From: Deferribacterales bacterium
GTDB lineage: Bacteria > Chrysiogenota > Deferribacteres > Deferribacterales > Geovibrionaceae
Direction: 5' to 3'
Length of the DNA stretch: 64,000 nt
NCBI GenBank assembly: GCA_050253335.1
Contig: JBFWJG010000004.1
Coordinates: 1 to 64,000, forward strand
Part shown: positions 1-9,100 of the stretch, piece after piece
How the letters are laid out: the number at the start of each line of letters is the position of its first letter
How positions within the stretch are numbered: the stretch's first letter is position 1
Translations under genes and position numbers: made by a program
The notes under the pieces: generated by a model
Told to the model about the DNA's origin: nothing
The model's database searches: none
Seen by the model: only the letters and a program-made list of their open reading frames with translations

Positions 1-262
1 CAAGCATGATAACCCTTGTTGCAGGGTCGGTTTTTTTGAGCGCCCTTACTGATTCAACAACTGGTTCAGCCTTCATAACAAGACCGTGTCCGCCGCCGAA
101 CTGGCAGTCATCTGTTTTGCGGTGTTTATCGTAGGCGTGTTCTCTTATATCAAATGCATTTATTTCGAGTATGCCTTTTTCTGCGGCTTTGGAGATTACT
201 CCGAAGGAAAATGGGGCTTTAGCCATTTCCGGAAAGATTGTGAGGATGTTATATCTCTTCAC
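1..262 (-). CDS. trmD: tRNA (guanine-N1)-methyltransferase, 5' part (runs off window start)
   Basis: Manual translation from GTG at 262: MKRYNILTIFPEM...DIREHAYDKHRKTDDCQFGGGHGLVMKAEP, the TrmD N-terminal signature; follows rimM. Confidence 0.95.
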   Translation of the reverse strand, partial: MKRYNILTIFPEMAKAPFSFGVISKAAEKGILEINAFDIREHAYDKHRKTDDCQFGGGHGLVMKAEPVVESVRALKKTDPATRVIML

Positions 263-761
263 TTATAAGTCCTGCGCTGTTGACTGTGATCCGTCTGTTT
301 GCGGTATCTATTTTAAGCACGTGATGTTCATTGTTGGATACCATCCAGCTTTTACTGCCTTCGGTAATAATGAATACATCATTGCTGCCTGTTTCCATGT
401 AATCGGTGAGCCTGCCTATGTAGTTTCCGTTTTCATCCACTACTTCGGCGTTTTCTATTTTATGCCAGTAGACGTTTCCTTCATCCTCTTCGGGAAGGAC
501 ATCTTCAGGTATAACAACATCAAGCCCTTTGAGAGCCTGAGCCTGTTCCTTTGTTTCGATACCTTTGACCTGAACAAGGATCGCACTGCCGTGTTCGTGC
601 ATGTATTCTATCTCATATGAGCCTTTTATGACTCCGTCACGGGCTGTCATAAGGTACAGCATATCCCCGTAAAGCTGCGGATTATCCGTATTTGGGGCAA
701 TTCTGATTGTTCCGTCCAGTCCGTGTGAACCGGTTATGAACCCGACTCTTACAAAATTCAT
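249..761 (-). CDS. rimM: 16S rRNA processing protein RimM
   Basis: VGFITGSHGLDG, YWH and ETGSNDV motifs; rpsP-khpA-rimM-trmD synteny. Confidence 0.95.
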   Translation of the reverse strand: MNFVRVGFITGSHGLDGTIRIAPNTDNPQLYGDMLYLMTARDGVIKGSYEIEYMHEHGSAILVQVKGIETKEQAQALKGLDVVIPEDVLPEEDEGNVYWHKIENAEVVDENGNYIGRLTDYMETGSNDVFIITEGSKSWMVSNNEHHVLKIDTANRRITVNSAGLISEEI

Positions 762-822
762 TTTTTACCTTGGAATATTCAAAGACTTTTTTTTATAAAA
801 GAGGAAGCCGCTTTCTTTAAAG

Positions 823-858
823 AAAAAAATTCAGCCGGAGTTTGCTCCGGCCGAATTT
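823..858 (-). terminator. Intrinsic terminator/attenuator between khpA and rimM
   Basis: Minus strand hairpin AAATTCGGCCGGAG-CAAA-CTCCGGCTGAATTT running into a T tract. Confidence 0.65.
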
Positions 859-934
859 CCGGATTTTGTTCAAATGCCGTAACCCTTCTTATGTTTTCGA
901 TCCCGCCGACCAAAAAAAGAAAGGGGGTTCGGTA

Positions 935-1168
935 TTAATCTTCGAGGATTTCAAGAACCACTTTTTTGCCTGCCTTAACACCTGAGGCGTTAAGGATAGT
1001 TCTGATGGCTTTAGCGGTTCTGCCCTGCTTTCCGATTACCTTACCGAGGTCGCCGTTGTCCACGCGAAGTTCAATGATTGATGCTTTTTCCCCTTCAACT
1101 TCTTCGATTCTGACGGCGTCCGGTTTGTCCACGAGCGATTTGACGATGAATTCTACGAGTTCCTTCAC
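935..1168 (-). CDS. khpA: KH-domain RNA-binding protein KhpA (UPF0109)
   Basis: 77 aa, [19 protein letters not shown] motif, downstream of rpsP. Confidence 0.92.
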   Translation of the reverse strand: MKELVEFIVKSLVDKPDAVRIEEVEGEKASIIELRVDNGDLGKVIGKQGRTAKAIRTILNASGVKAGKKVVLEILED

Positions 1169-1196
1169 GGCTTCACCTCTTCTGATATAAATTTAC

Positions 1197-1463
1197 TCAG
1201 GCACCGGTTTCGTGGAATTTTTTTATAATGCCTTCTTTTGAAAGAAGATTTTTAGCTGTGTCAGTAGGCACTGCGCCGACTTTAAGCCATTTTATGGCTT
1301 TTTCTTCATCAATTTTAACCTCTGCGGGTTCAGTTACGGGGTTGTAGTACCCGAGGATTTCGATGAAGTTTCCGTCTCTTCTCTCTCTGCTGTCTGCCAC
1401 TACTATTCTGTAGAAAGGTCTTTTTTTGCGACCCATTCTCATGAGTCTGATCTTTGTTGCCAC
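1197..1463 (-). CDS. rpsP: 30S ribosomal protein S16
   Basis: [23 protein letters not shown]...DG.FIE.LGYYNP. Confidence 0.98.
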   Translation of the reverse strand: MATKIRLMRMGRKKRPFYRIVVADSRERRDGNFIEILGYYNPVTEPAEVKIDEEKAIKWLKVGAVPTDTAKNLLSKEGIIKKFHETGA

Positions 1464-1481
1464 TAGATGTACCTCCGTGAT

Positions 1482-2831
1482 TTACATATTTTTAAAAATA
1501 TCTTTCATATTCATTTTGCTCAGGTCTTTGCCGGAGCCTAATTTCTGTTTCATGCGCTTCATCATTTTGTTCATCTGCTCAAGCTGAGTGCAGAGCTTGT
1601 TGATTTCGCTGACAGATGAGCCGCTGCCCCTTGCAATGCGCTTTTTCCTGCTGGAGTTGAGGATCTTCGCGTTTTTGCGTTCATGGGGCGTCATGGACTG
1701 GATGATAGCCTCAATGCGTTTAATCTGCTTGTCGTCAACGTTCATCGGACCCGCAGCCGAGAGTCCGGGTATGAGCCGCATAATGCTTTCGAGGGAGCCC
1801 ATACGTTTTATCATCTTAAACTGCTTCAGCATATCTTCAAAATCCATACCTTTTTTCTGGATCTTGCTGGCGAGGTCGTCCGCCTCGTCAGGGTCTATGG
1901 CGTCCTGAGCTCTTTCCACAAGGGAGACAATGTCGCCCATGCCGAGAATTCTGGATGCCATTCTGTCCGGATAGAACTGTTCAAAGTCTTCCAGTTTTTC
2001 GCCTATGGCTATGAATTTAAGGGGCTTGCCCGTAACTTCCTTGATAGAGAGAGCGGCGCCGCCTCTTGCGTCACCGTCCATTTTGGTGAGGATTATGCCT
2101 GTCGCGTCGAGCTTGTCATTGAAGGTCTTGGCGACTGTAACTGCATCCTGACCGGTCATGGCGTCCGCGACGAAAAGGATTTCATCGGGATTAACCGCGT
2201 CTTTTGTTCTCACAAGCTCGTCCATGAGTGTTTCATCAATATGGAGACGGCCTGCGGTATCTATGATCATGAGATCTTTTGCTGTTTTTTTTGCGTAGGC
2301 AAGAGCATCAACGGCGATCTTCACCACATCTTTTGTGCTTCTGTCGGTGTAGACATCGGCCTTGATCTGTCTGCCCAGAACCTCAAGCTGATCGATCGCC
2401 GCGGGTCTGTAGACATCCGCCGCAACGAGAAGAACAGATTTGCCGCTTTTCATGAAGAAGCGTGCCAGCTTGCCGGATGTTGTTGTTTTTCCCGCACCCT
2501 GCAAACCCGCCATCATTATTATTGTGGGCGGTTTAGAGTTAAGGTTTATTTTGGCGGCGGGATCATCGCCGCCAAGAACGTTAACCAGCTCGTCGTGGAC
2601 TATCTTTATGAAAACCTGATCAGGGGTGAGGCTTTTGAGAACCGCTTCACCGAGGGCTTTTTCACGGACATTTTCTATGAATCTCTTAACTACCTTGAAG
2701 TTTACATCCGCTTCGAGAAGAGCGATGCGCACCTGCTTCAGCGCTTCCTGTATGTTCTCTTCAGATATACGGATCTGCTTGCGCATACCCTTGAATACCG
2801 CGGTGAGTTTCTCATTCAAAGTGTTGAACAT
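1482..2831 (-). CDS. ffh: Signal recognition particle protein Ffh
   Basis: GLQGAGKTT, DTAGR, TKMDGDARGG, Met-rich M domain. Confidence 0.98.
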   Translation of the reverse strand: MFNTLNEKLTAVFKGMRKQIRISEENIQEALKQVRIALLEADVNFKVVKRFIENVREKALGEAVLKSLTPDQVFIKIVHDELVNVLGGDDPAAKINLNSKPPTIIMMAGLQGAGKTTTSGKLARFFMKSGKSVLLVAADVYRPAAIDQLEVLGRQIKADVYTDRSTKDVVKIAVDALAYAKKTAKDLMIIDTAGRLHIDETLMDELVRTKDAVNPDEILFVADAMTGQDAVTVAKTFNDKLDATGIILTKMDGDARGGAALSIKEVTGKPLKFIAIGEKLEDFEQFYPDRMASRILGMGDIVSLVERAQDAIDPDEADDLASKIQKKGMDFEDMLKQFKMIKRMGSLESIMRLIPGLSAAGPMNVDDKQIKRIEAIIQSMTPHERKNAKILNSSRKKRIARGSGSSVSEINKLCTQLEQMNKMMKRMKQKLGSGKDLSKMNMKDIFKNM

Positions 2832-2986
2832 TGTCCGTTTTTACCTTCCTGACGCTTGAGGGCGCGAAAATACGCACCTTTCCCGTGTGTATGCGGGAAC
2901 TAAAATTTATATGTGAAAGGGGCGGGTCTGTCAACCGCTTTTTATGCCGCCCTCCGGAGGGCGGCATTTTGCGGTTAAAGGCGGGT

Positions 2987-4654
2987 TTACACTTTATTTA
3001 TGATCGCCTCAGCCCTGATGAGAGCCTTGGAGATATGATCTGTTACGTTCTCGGCGCCTATTTCGTCCAGAAAACCGAACTTTTTCAGAGCCCGGCAAGG
3101 CTGCTCCTGAACCCCTGAAAGCACAAGGGGAACATTATTTTTCATGCACTTGTGATGAAACTCCTCAAGGGCGTGTATCCCTGTTGCGTCAATGGCGGGA
3201 ACCTTGCGCATCCTTAATATAAATACCTTCGGAGATTTCTGAAGGTAGGCGAGCATCCCCGCCAGCCTGTCCGCCACGCCGAAGAAGAACGGGCCGTCTA
3301 TCTCGTATATTTCGACTCCGTCAGGGACGTTATAAAGAGAGATTCTGTCGGGATCGTATTTGTCCTCATTCCCTCCGTTTCCGGTGAGGTAATCCACATG
3401 GGTGACATCGCTCATGCGCTTCATGAAAAGAAGAGCGGCGAGAACAACGCCCACCTGAACGGCGACTGTCAGATCCACCAGTACGGTGAGCAGGAAAGTG
3501 AGCACAAGCACGCCGCTGTCGCTTTTCGGAGCGTTGAGCAGTCTTCGGAAGCTTTTAAGCTCGCTCATGTCCCAAGCCACAACAAAGAGAACGCCGGAGA
3601 GAGCGGCAAGGGGGATTTTTTCCGCGACACCTGAAAGGAACATGACGAAAATAAGCACCGTCAGGGCGTGGATTAAGCCCGAAACAGGAGTTCTGGCTCC
3701 GGTTTTGATGTTTGTGGCTGTTCGGGCTATTGCTCCGGTCGCGGGCATTCCGCCGAAGAACGCGGACATAATGTTCGCCGTTCCCTGCGCCACAAGCTCG
3801 GTGTTTGACCTGTGCCTGCTGCCCGTCATGCCGTCCGCGACCACTGCGGAAAGGAGCGATTCAACTCCGGCGAGAAGCGCTATTGTTATGGCGTCGGGGA
3901 AAACCGCGCGGACTTTTTCAAGGCTCCATGCGGGTATCTCAGGCATGGGGAAAGCGGAAGGGAGCGTTCCGAAGCGGTCTCCCACGGTTTCAGCGGGAAT
4001 GCCGAATATCCATGCCGCTGCGGTGAGAGTGAAAATAGCCGCCACATGAGCGGGAATCTTCGGCGTGAATCTGCGGACGGAAACAATAATTGCCACAGTC
4101 GCAAGACCCACTGCCGTTGCCGCGGGGCTGAGTGTGTGGAAATTGATGAAGTATTCCATCCATTTTTCATGGAACTCAGGGGGCAGCTTCTCAATGGATA
4201 GCCCGAAGAAGTCTTTTACCTGAGTGGAGAAAATCACCAGAGCAATGCCAGCGGTGAAGCCTGTTGTGACGGGGTAAGGGATAAACTTGATGTATGAACC
4301 CACCCTGATAAGCCCCAGTATAATAAGGAGTATTCCCGCTATTACAGTGGCGAGTATCAGCCCGTCATAACCGTGCTTCTCTATCACGGCATAAATAATA
4401 ATGACAAACGCTCCGGTGGGGCCGCCTATCTGATAGCGGCTGCCGCCCAGAAGCGAGATGAAGAAACCTGCGATAACTGCGGTGAAGAGCCCTTTATCGG
4501 GCGTGGTACCGCTGGCGATTGCAAACGCCATGGCAAGGGGGATCGCAACGATGCCTACAGTGAGTCCGGAGAAGAAGTCCCGTCTCAGTGTCTCTGCGCC
4601 GTAACCTTTTTTAAGTTCGATGAGCAGACTGGGTTTGAGTGATGTACTGTCCAT
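2987..4654 (-). CDS. SulP family anion permease with STAS domain
   Basis: GLTVGIVAIPLAMAFA, GPTGA, TGAIART, C-terminal STAS (GPFFFG...DATG). Confidence 0.95.
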   Translation of the reverse strand: MDSTSLKPSLLIELKKGYGAETLRRDFFSGLTVGIVAIPLAMAFAIASGTTPDKGLFTAVIAGFFISLLGGSRYQIGGPTGAFVIIIYAVIEKHGYDGLILATVIAGILLIILGLIRVGSYIKFIPYPVTTGFTAGIALVIFSTQVKDFFGLSIEKLPPEFHEKWMEYFINFHTLSPAATAVGLATVAIIVSVRRFTPKIPAHVAAIFTLTAAAWIFGIPAETVGDRFGTLPSAFPMPEIPAWSLEKVRAVFPDAITIALLAGVESLLSAVVADGMTGSRHRSNTELVAQGTANIMSAFFGGMPATGAIARTATNIKTGARTPVSGLIHALTVLIFVMFLSGVAEKIPLAALSGVLFVVAWDMSELKSFRRLLNAPKSDSGVLVLTFLLTVLVDLTVAVQVGVVLAALLFMKRMSDVTHVDYLTGNGGNEDKYDPDRISLYNVPDGVEIYEIDGPFFFGVADRLAGMLAYLQKSPKVFILRMRKVPAIDATGIHALEEFHHKCMKNNVPLVLSGVQEQPCRALKKFGFLDEIGAENVTDHISKALIRAEAIINKV

Positions 4655-4782
4655 AGCTGCACCTGAAGTTGTATTATAAGTTGAGAAGCATACTCCTCAT
4701 TATTTGAAACTGCAACTGTCTAAAAGAGTATAATCTCATAACTCCCGTTGAAAAAGACGCGGGGAGCATTATTATTAATTAT

Positions 4783-5190
4783 ATGAAAAAGCTTGTTATT
4801 ATTCCTCTGCTGTTTTTTATGCTGTCATGCGCGGCTAAAGAGCCGGAAACAGCCGCTTTCGGTTCTGCATATGAAATCCGCGGTTTTTCTCTCAGGCTGG
4901 AGAACGGAGTTCTCAGCGTGAGGAATACCTATTTTGAGAAGGTTTCACGTCTTCAGATAAAAGCGGAATACATCAAAGACGGAAGCATAGCGGGAACATT
5001 TGTAAGCGTAGGTCTTGCACTTAAACCCGGGGATGTCAGGGAATACAGGCTCGTGATTCCCGCCGGTACGGAGAAAGTCAGGGTCATTTACAGAGAATAC
5101 CCTTACGGAGAGGGCGACGAGGCCTTCTTTCTGCCGAATACGGGCAGGGTCGGTACAACAGGTTCGGTTTATTTTCTGCTTAACGAATAA
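4783..5190 (+). CDS. Hypothetical lipoprotein
   Basis: MKK, hydrophobic stretch and LSC lipobox. Confidence 0.7.
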   Translation: MKKLVIIPLLFFMLSCAAKEPETAAFGSAYEIRGFSLRLENGVLSVRNTYFEKVSRLQIKAEYIKDGSIAGTFVSVGLALKPGDVREYRLVIPAGTEKVRVIYREYPYGEGDEAFFLPNTGRVGTTGSVYFLLNE

Positions 5191-5221
5191 TCAAATTTTC
5201 AGTTCTGTTTTTAGTCAGTAA

Positions 5222-5240
5222 GTGATTAAAAAATAGTCAC
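5222..5240 (+). promoter_or_regulatory. Putative NtrC-type enhancer (UAS) for glnK-amtB
   Basis: Imperfect palindrome GTGATTA-AAAAA-TAGTCAC ~65 bp upstream of the sigma54 site; a second TTTTTAGTCA half-site lies just upstream. Confidence 0.45.
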
Positions 5241-5303
5241 CATTCTTTCTTCAGATTTTCTAATGTATATTTAAGTTCTTCCTGAATCAGTAAAAACTCT
5301 TCT

Positions 5304-5319
5304 TGGCACATTCGTTGCT
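5304..5319 (+). promoter_or_regulatory. Sigma54 (-24/-12) promoter of glnK-amtB
   Basis: TGGCAC-ATTCG-TTGCT matches TGGCAC-N5-TTGC exactly. Confidence 0.85.
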
Positions 5320-5343
5320 GTTCATAAGGCAACACCGGAATAA

Positions 5344-5694
<351 letters not shown>

Positions 5695-5722
5695 TCTGCG
5701 GAAACAGGTGCAAGGAGGATAT

Positions 5723-7051
5723 ATGAGAAAAATTATTATAATGCTCGGACTGGTGCTTATGGCAGCTTCCGGCTTCGCCGAGGACGAACCGCTCACCCTG
5801 GAAGGCGTTCAGGCCTCTGTGGATGCGGTACAGGCAAACGCGGACTGGCTCTGGACACTTATAGCGGCATTCATGGTCTTTTTTATGCAGCTTGGTTTCG
5901 CAATGGTTGAAACAGGCTTCACCAGAGCAAAAAACGCAGTCAACATAATCATGAAAAACCTTCTGGACTTTTCGATGGGCGCAATCGGATTCTGGGCAGT
6001 GGGTTTCGCGCTTATGTTCGGCGCTACAACAACAGGATTCTTCGGCACGGAGGGCTTTTTCCTCTCAAACTGGGATATGCAGGACAACTGGACGCTCGCT
6101 TTCTGGATTTTTCAGACAGTTTTCTGCGCCACAGCGGCTACGATTGTTTCAGGAGCTATGGCAGAGAGAACTAACCTTAAAGCTTACCTCCTTTTCAGCC
6201 TCGCAATGACAACCGTTATCTACCCCATATACGGCAGCTGGGCGTGGGGCTCTCTCTTCCACGGTGAAGGCTGGCTTGAGGGCTTCGGCTTCATAGACTT
6301 TGCAGGTTCAACAGTTGTTCACTCAGTGGGCGGCTGGGCAGCGCTCGCCGGTGCTATAGTTGTGGGACCGAGGCTTGGAAAATACGCCAAGGACGGTTCA
6401 GTCAGAGCCATCCCCGGCCACAACATACCCCTTGCCACAATAGGCGTTTTCATACTCTGGTTCGGCTGGTACGGCTTCAATGTGGGTTCTGAAACCGCCG
6501 CTGATACTGCTCTTCCCCTTATAGCGGTTAACACAACCCTTGCTCCGGCTGCGGGCGTTCTTGTGGCTCTTTTTACAACTGTCGTTCTTTATAAGAAATT
6601 TGACGCGGGCATGTCTCTCAACGGTGCTCTCGCCGGTCTCGTGGGGATAACCGCAGGATGTGCGAATGTCACTCCCGCTTATGCGGCGCTCATCGGCGCT
6701 GTGGCGGGACTGCTTGTTGTCTTCAGCGTAATATTCTTTGACAAAATCAGAATCGATGACCCCGTGGGCGCAATATCCGTGCACGGCGTATGCGGCGCGT
6801 GGGGAACCCTCGCGGCGGGCATATTCAACTATGATTTTGAGGCGGGCGGTTTAAGCCCTGTGATACTTCCCCAGCTCATAGGCATAGCCGCGGCGTTCGT
6901 ATGGGCGTTCGGTGTGTCCTTCGTTGTCTTCAAACTTATCAACCTGCTTATAGGTCTCAGAGTTTCCGAAACTGAGGAGCTTGAGGGTCTTGATAAGCAC
7001 GAACACGGCATAGACGCTTATCCCGAGTATGCCAAGTCACTCATAAAATAA
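5723..7051 (+). CDS. amtB: Ammonium transporter
   Basis: FFMQLGF, DFAGSTVVH, DDPVGAISVHG; ATG at 5723 after AGGAGG. Confidence 0.96.
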   Translation: MRKIIIMLGLVLMAASGFAEDEPLTLEGVQASVDAVQANADWLWTLIAAFMVFFMQLGFAMVETGFTRAKNAVNIIMKNLLDFSMGAIGFWAVGFALMFGATTTGFFGTEGFFLSNWDMQDNWTLAFWIFQTVFCATAATIVSGAMAERTNLKAYLLFSLAMTTVIYPIYGSWAWGSLFHGEGWLEGFGFIDFAGSTVVHSVGGWAALAGAIVVGPRLGKYAKDGSVRAIPGHNIPLATIGVFILWFGWYGFNVGSETAADTALPLIAVNTTLAPAAGVLVALFTTVVLYKKFDAGMSLNGALAGLVGITAGCANVTPAYAALIGAVAGLLVVFSVIFFDKIRIDDPVGAISVHGVCGAWGTLAAGIFNYDFEAGGLSPVILPQLIGIAAAFVWAFGVSFVVFKLINLLIGLRVSETEELEGLDKHEHGIDAYPEYAKSLIK

Positions 7052-7105
7052 AAGAATAATATAGAATAGTCTGCCCTGCGGGGCAGGCTACCTGACCGTT
7101 ACATT

Positions 7106-7138
7106 GCCCTCTTTCCGCCACGGAGAGAGGGCTTTTTT
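7106..7138 (+). terminator. Intrinsic terminator after amtB
   Basis: GCCCTCTTTCCG-CCA-CGGAGAGAGGGC followed by TTTTTT. Confidence 0.75.
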
Positions 7139-7144
7139 GTGCTT

Positions 7145-8293
7145 TCAGGGTGCTGAAGGAAGGGACAGCGTGAACAATGCTCCGGAGGCTGAGGCTTCTG
7201 CGGTTAGCTTTCCGTGCATTTTATCTTCGATTATTTTTTTGGCCAGATACAGGCCGATTCCGGTTCCGTTGTCATTTTTTGTGGTGAAGTAGGGTCTGAA
7301 GAGCTTTTTCATTACTTTCGGGCTTATTCCGCTGCCGTTATCCCTGATGCTGATTCTGCATGTTCCGCTTTCGTTGATAACGCTGATAATTATTAAGCCC
7401 TGTTCCGTGCGGAAAGCTTCGTCTGTCTCTCTCCTCTGTATGACCGCGTCTTTCGCGTTCACCATCAGGTTGAGGATAACCTGCTTAAACTCATTTATGT
7501 AGCCCACTATCTCCGTGCTGTCATCATCCGTGTGAAGGCTTGCCGTGATGTTGCATGTTTTAAGCTGCGGTTCCATGAGGGATATTATTTCTTCGGCGGA
7601 TTTTTTCACGCTGAACTTCTGAGGTGTTTTCTGCGGGATGAAGAAGCGTCTGAAGTCATCCACAGTGGAGCTCATGAAAAGAATCTGCGAGTTGATTGCA
7701 TTTATGTGCTCCTCCACAGCGGATTCATTCAGGTCGCCGTGGTCGAAGTCATCGCCTATCGTCTGCGCAATGAGCGCCAGATTGTTCAGAGGCTGTTTCC
7801 ACTGATGGGCTATAACGCCCAGCATCTCGCCTATGGCGGCCATTTTAGACTGCTGAATAAGCAGTTTTTCCTGTTTTTTATGTTTCTTTCTGAGTTTTTT
7901 GAGTTTTGAGTCATTTTCAAAGAAAACCGCGGACAGTCTTCCTTCTGAAGCGCCGAGAGGAGAGACGCGCGCTTTAAGGGGCAGTTTCTCCCCGTTTTCC
8001 GAACAGGTTTTTACCCGCTTTGTTCCGGCTGTTTGGGTGCTGAAGAGTTTTTCCAGCCTTGCAAAGCTTTTAGACGTCAGCAGATTCTTGATATTACAGA
8101 AGGAGAGGGCGGCTTCATATTCGGGAAAGAACTTTGCGAAGCGGGTGTTCGAGCGGAGGATATTTCCTTTATCATCAATGACACAGAAGGCGGGAGCCGT
8201 GAGCCGGAAATACTCTGCCGCCGCTGAAGCGGTGAAATCATCCGGCATTTTGTCAGAGTATATGGAACTGTGCGCTTCTATGTTGCTTTTCAA
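7145..8293 (-). CDS. Cytoplasmic PAS-like sensor histidine kinase
   Basis: H-box IAHQWKQPLN, N-box NLMVNAKDA, DNGSGI, GTGIGL. Confidence 0.92.
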   Translation of the reverse strand: MKSNIEAHSSIYSDKMPDDFTASAAAEYFRLTAPAFCVIDDKGNILRSNTRFAKFFPEYEAALSFCNIKNLLTSKSFARLEKLFSTQTAGTKRVKTCSENGEKLPLKARVSPLGASEGRLSAVFFENDSKLKKLRKKHKKQEKLLIQQSKMAAIGEMLGVIAHQWKQPLNNLALIAQTIGDDFDHGDLNESAVEEHINAINSQILFMSSTVDDFRRFFIPQKTPQKFSVKKSAEEIISLMEPQLKTCNITASLHTDDDSTEIVGYINEFKQVILNLMVNAKDAVIQRRETDEAFRTEQGLIIISVINESGTCRISIRDNGSGISPKVMKKLFRPYFTTKNDNGTGIGLYLAKKIIEDKMHGKLTAEASASGALFTLSLPSAP

Positions 8294-8522
8294 TGAAATG
8301 CTCCGTCTTTCATCGGGTAGTTAGATAAGGGCTAACTTATTATTTATAAATATCATAATGTCAAGTCAGTTAATATAAAGAAAATTAAAGAATAAGCCAG
8401 AATATAATGATTTTTGCGTGATAAAAAATCCGGTTTACATATGCGTATAAAAAAACTTGACACAGACAGACTAAGATATATTTTTTATATTGTTGAAACA
8501 CGATACCTATGGAGGTGGAAAA

Positions 8523-8966
8523 ATGCTTAAAAAACGTGATGAAATTTTTTTCTCTCCCTTCAGAAGCCTTCTGGATCTCAACAGGGAGATGGGCAGGTTT
8601 ATGGACAGGTTTGGTGACGGCGAGTCCATGCCCGGCGGGTTCAGACCTGACGTGGACATTGTGGAAAAGAACGGACAGGTTGTTGTTACGGCGGATCTCC
8701 CCGGAATGGAGGAGAAGGATATCGAAGTCACAATCAACGACGGAGTTCTCATCGTCAGGGGTGAAAGAACCGAAGAAAAAGAGGAAACCGAAAAAGGATT
8801 TCACAGGCGTGAAAGAGTTTTCGGCAAATTTGTCAGACAGTTCACCCTGCCCAAAGGCACGGATTCCGAGAATGTTAAAGCCGTGTTTAAAAAAGGCGTT
8901 CTCGAAGTGAGGATCCCTCTGAAAGCCGCTGCCGAGGAAAAGAAAATACAGATTGAAGCGAAGTAA
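8523..8966 (+). CDS. Hsp20/alpha-crystallin small heat shock protein
   Basis: PDVDI.E, ADLPG, ER.FG.F.R.F.LP, GVLEVRIP; ATG at 8523 after GGAGG. Confidence 0.95.
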   Translation: MLKKRDEIFFSPFRSLLDLNREMGRFMDRFGDGESMPGGFRPDVDIVEKNGQVVVTADLPGMEEKDIEVTINDGVLIVRGERTEEKEETEKGFHRRERVFGKFVRQFTLPKGTDSENVKAVFKKGVLEVRIPLKAAAEEKKIQIEAK

Positions 8967-8973
8967 AGAAAAT

Positions 8974-8998
8974 AAGCCCCCGAAGAAACGGGGGCTTT
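8974..8998 (+). terminator. Terminator after hsp20
   Basis: AAGCCCCCG-AAGAAA-CGGGGGCTTT. Confidence 0.7.
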
Positions 8999-9100
8999 CT
9001 GATTTCTGCTCAAATGCTTAAAAATCGGAGACTGTCGCGCCGGTTTGCCTAAACCTCTGTCATTGCGGACGAAGCGGTCAGTCTCCCTTATATCTTAATC

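Noticed and set aside
1683..2852. Long antisense ORFs (also 12024-12932, 30944-32071, 35669-36550, 44365-45438)
   Set aside because: Shadow frames opposite highly conserved genes, with no recognisable motifs.
2832..2986. SRP RNA or SulP terminator upstream of ffh (24-bp palindrome at 2944-2967)
   Set aside because: No SRP domain IV motif recognised, and the hairpin lacks a U tract on the SulP strand, so its function is unsupported.
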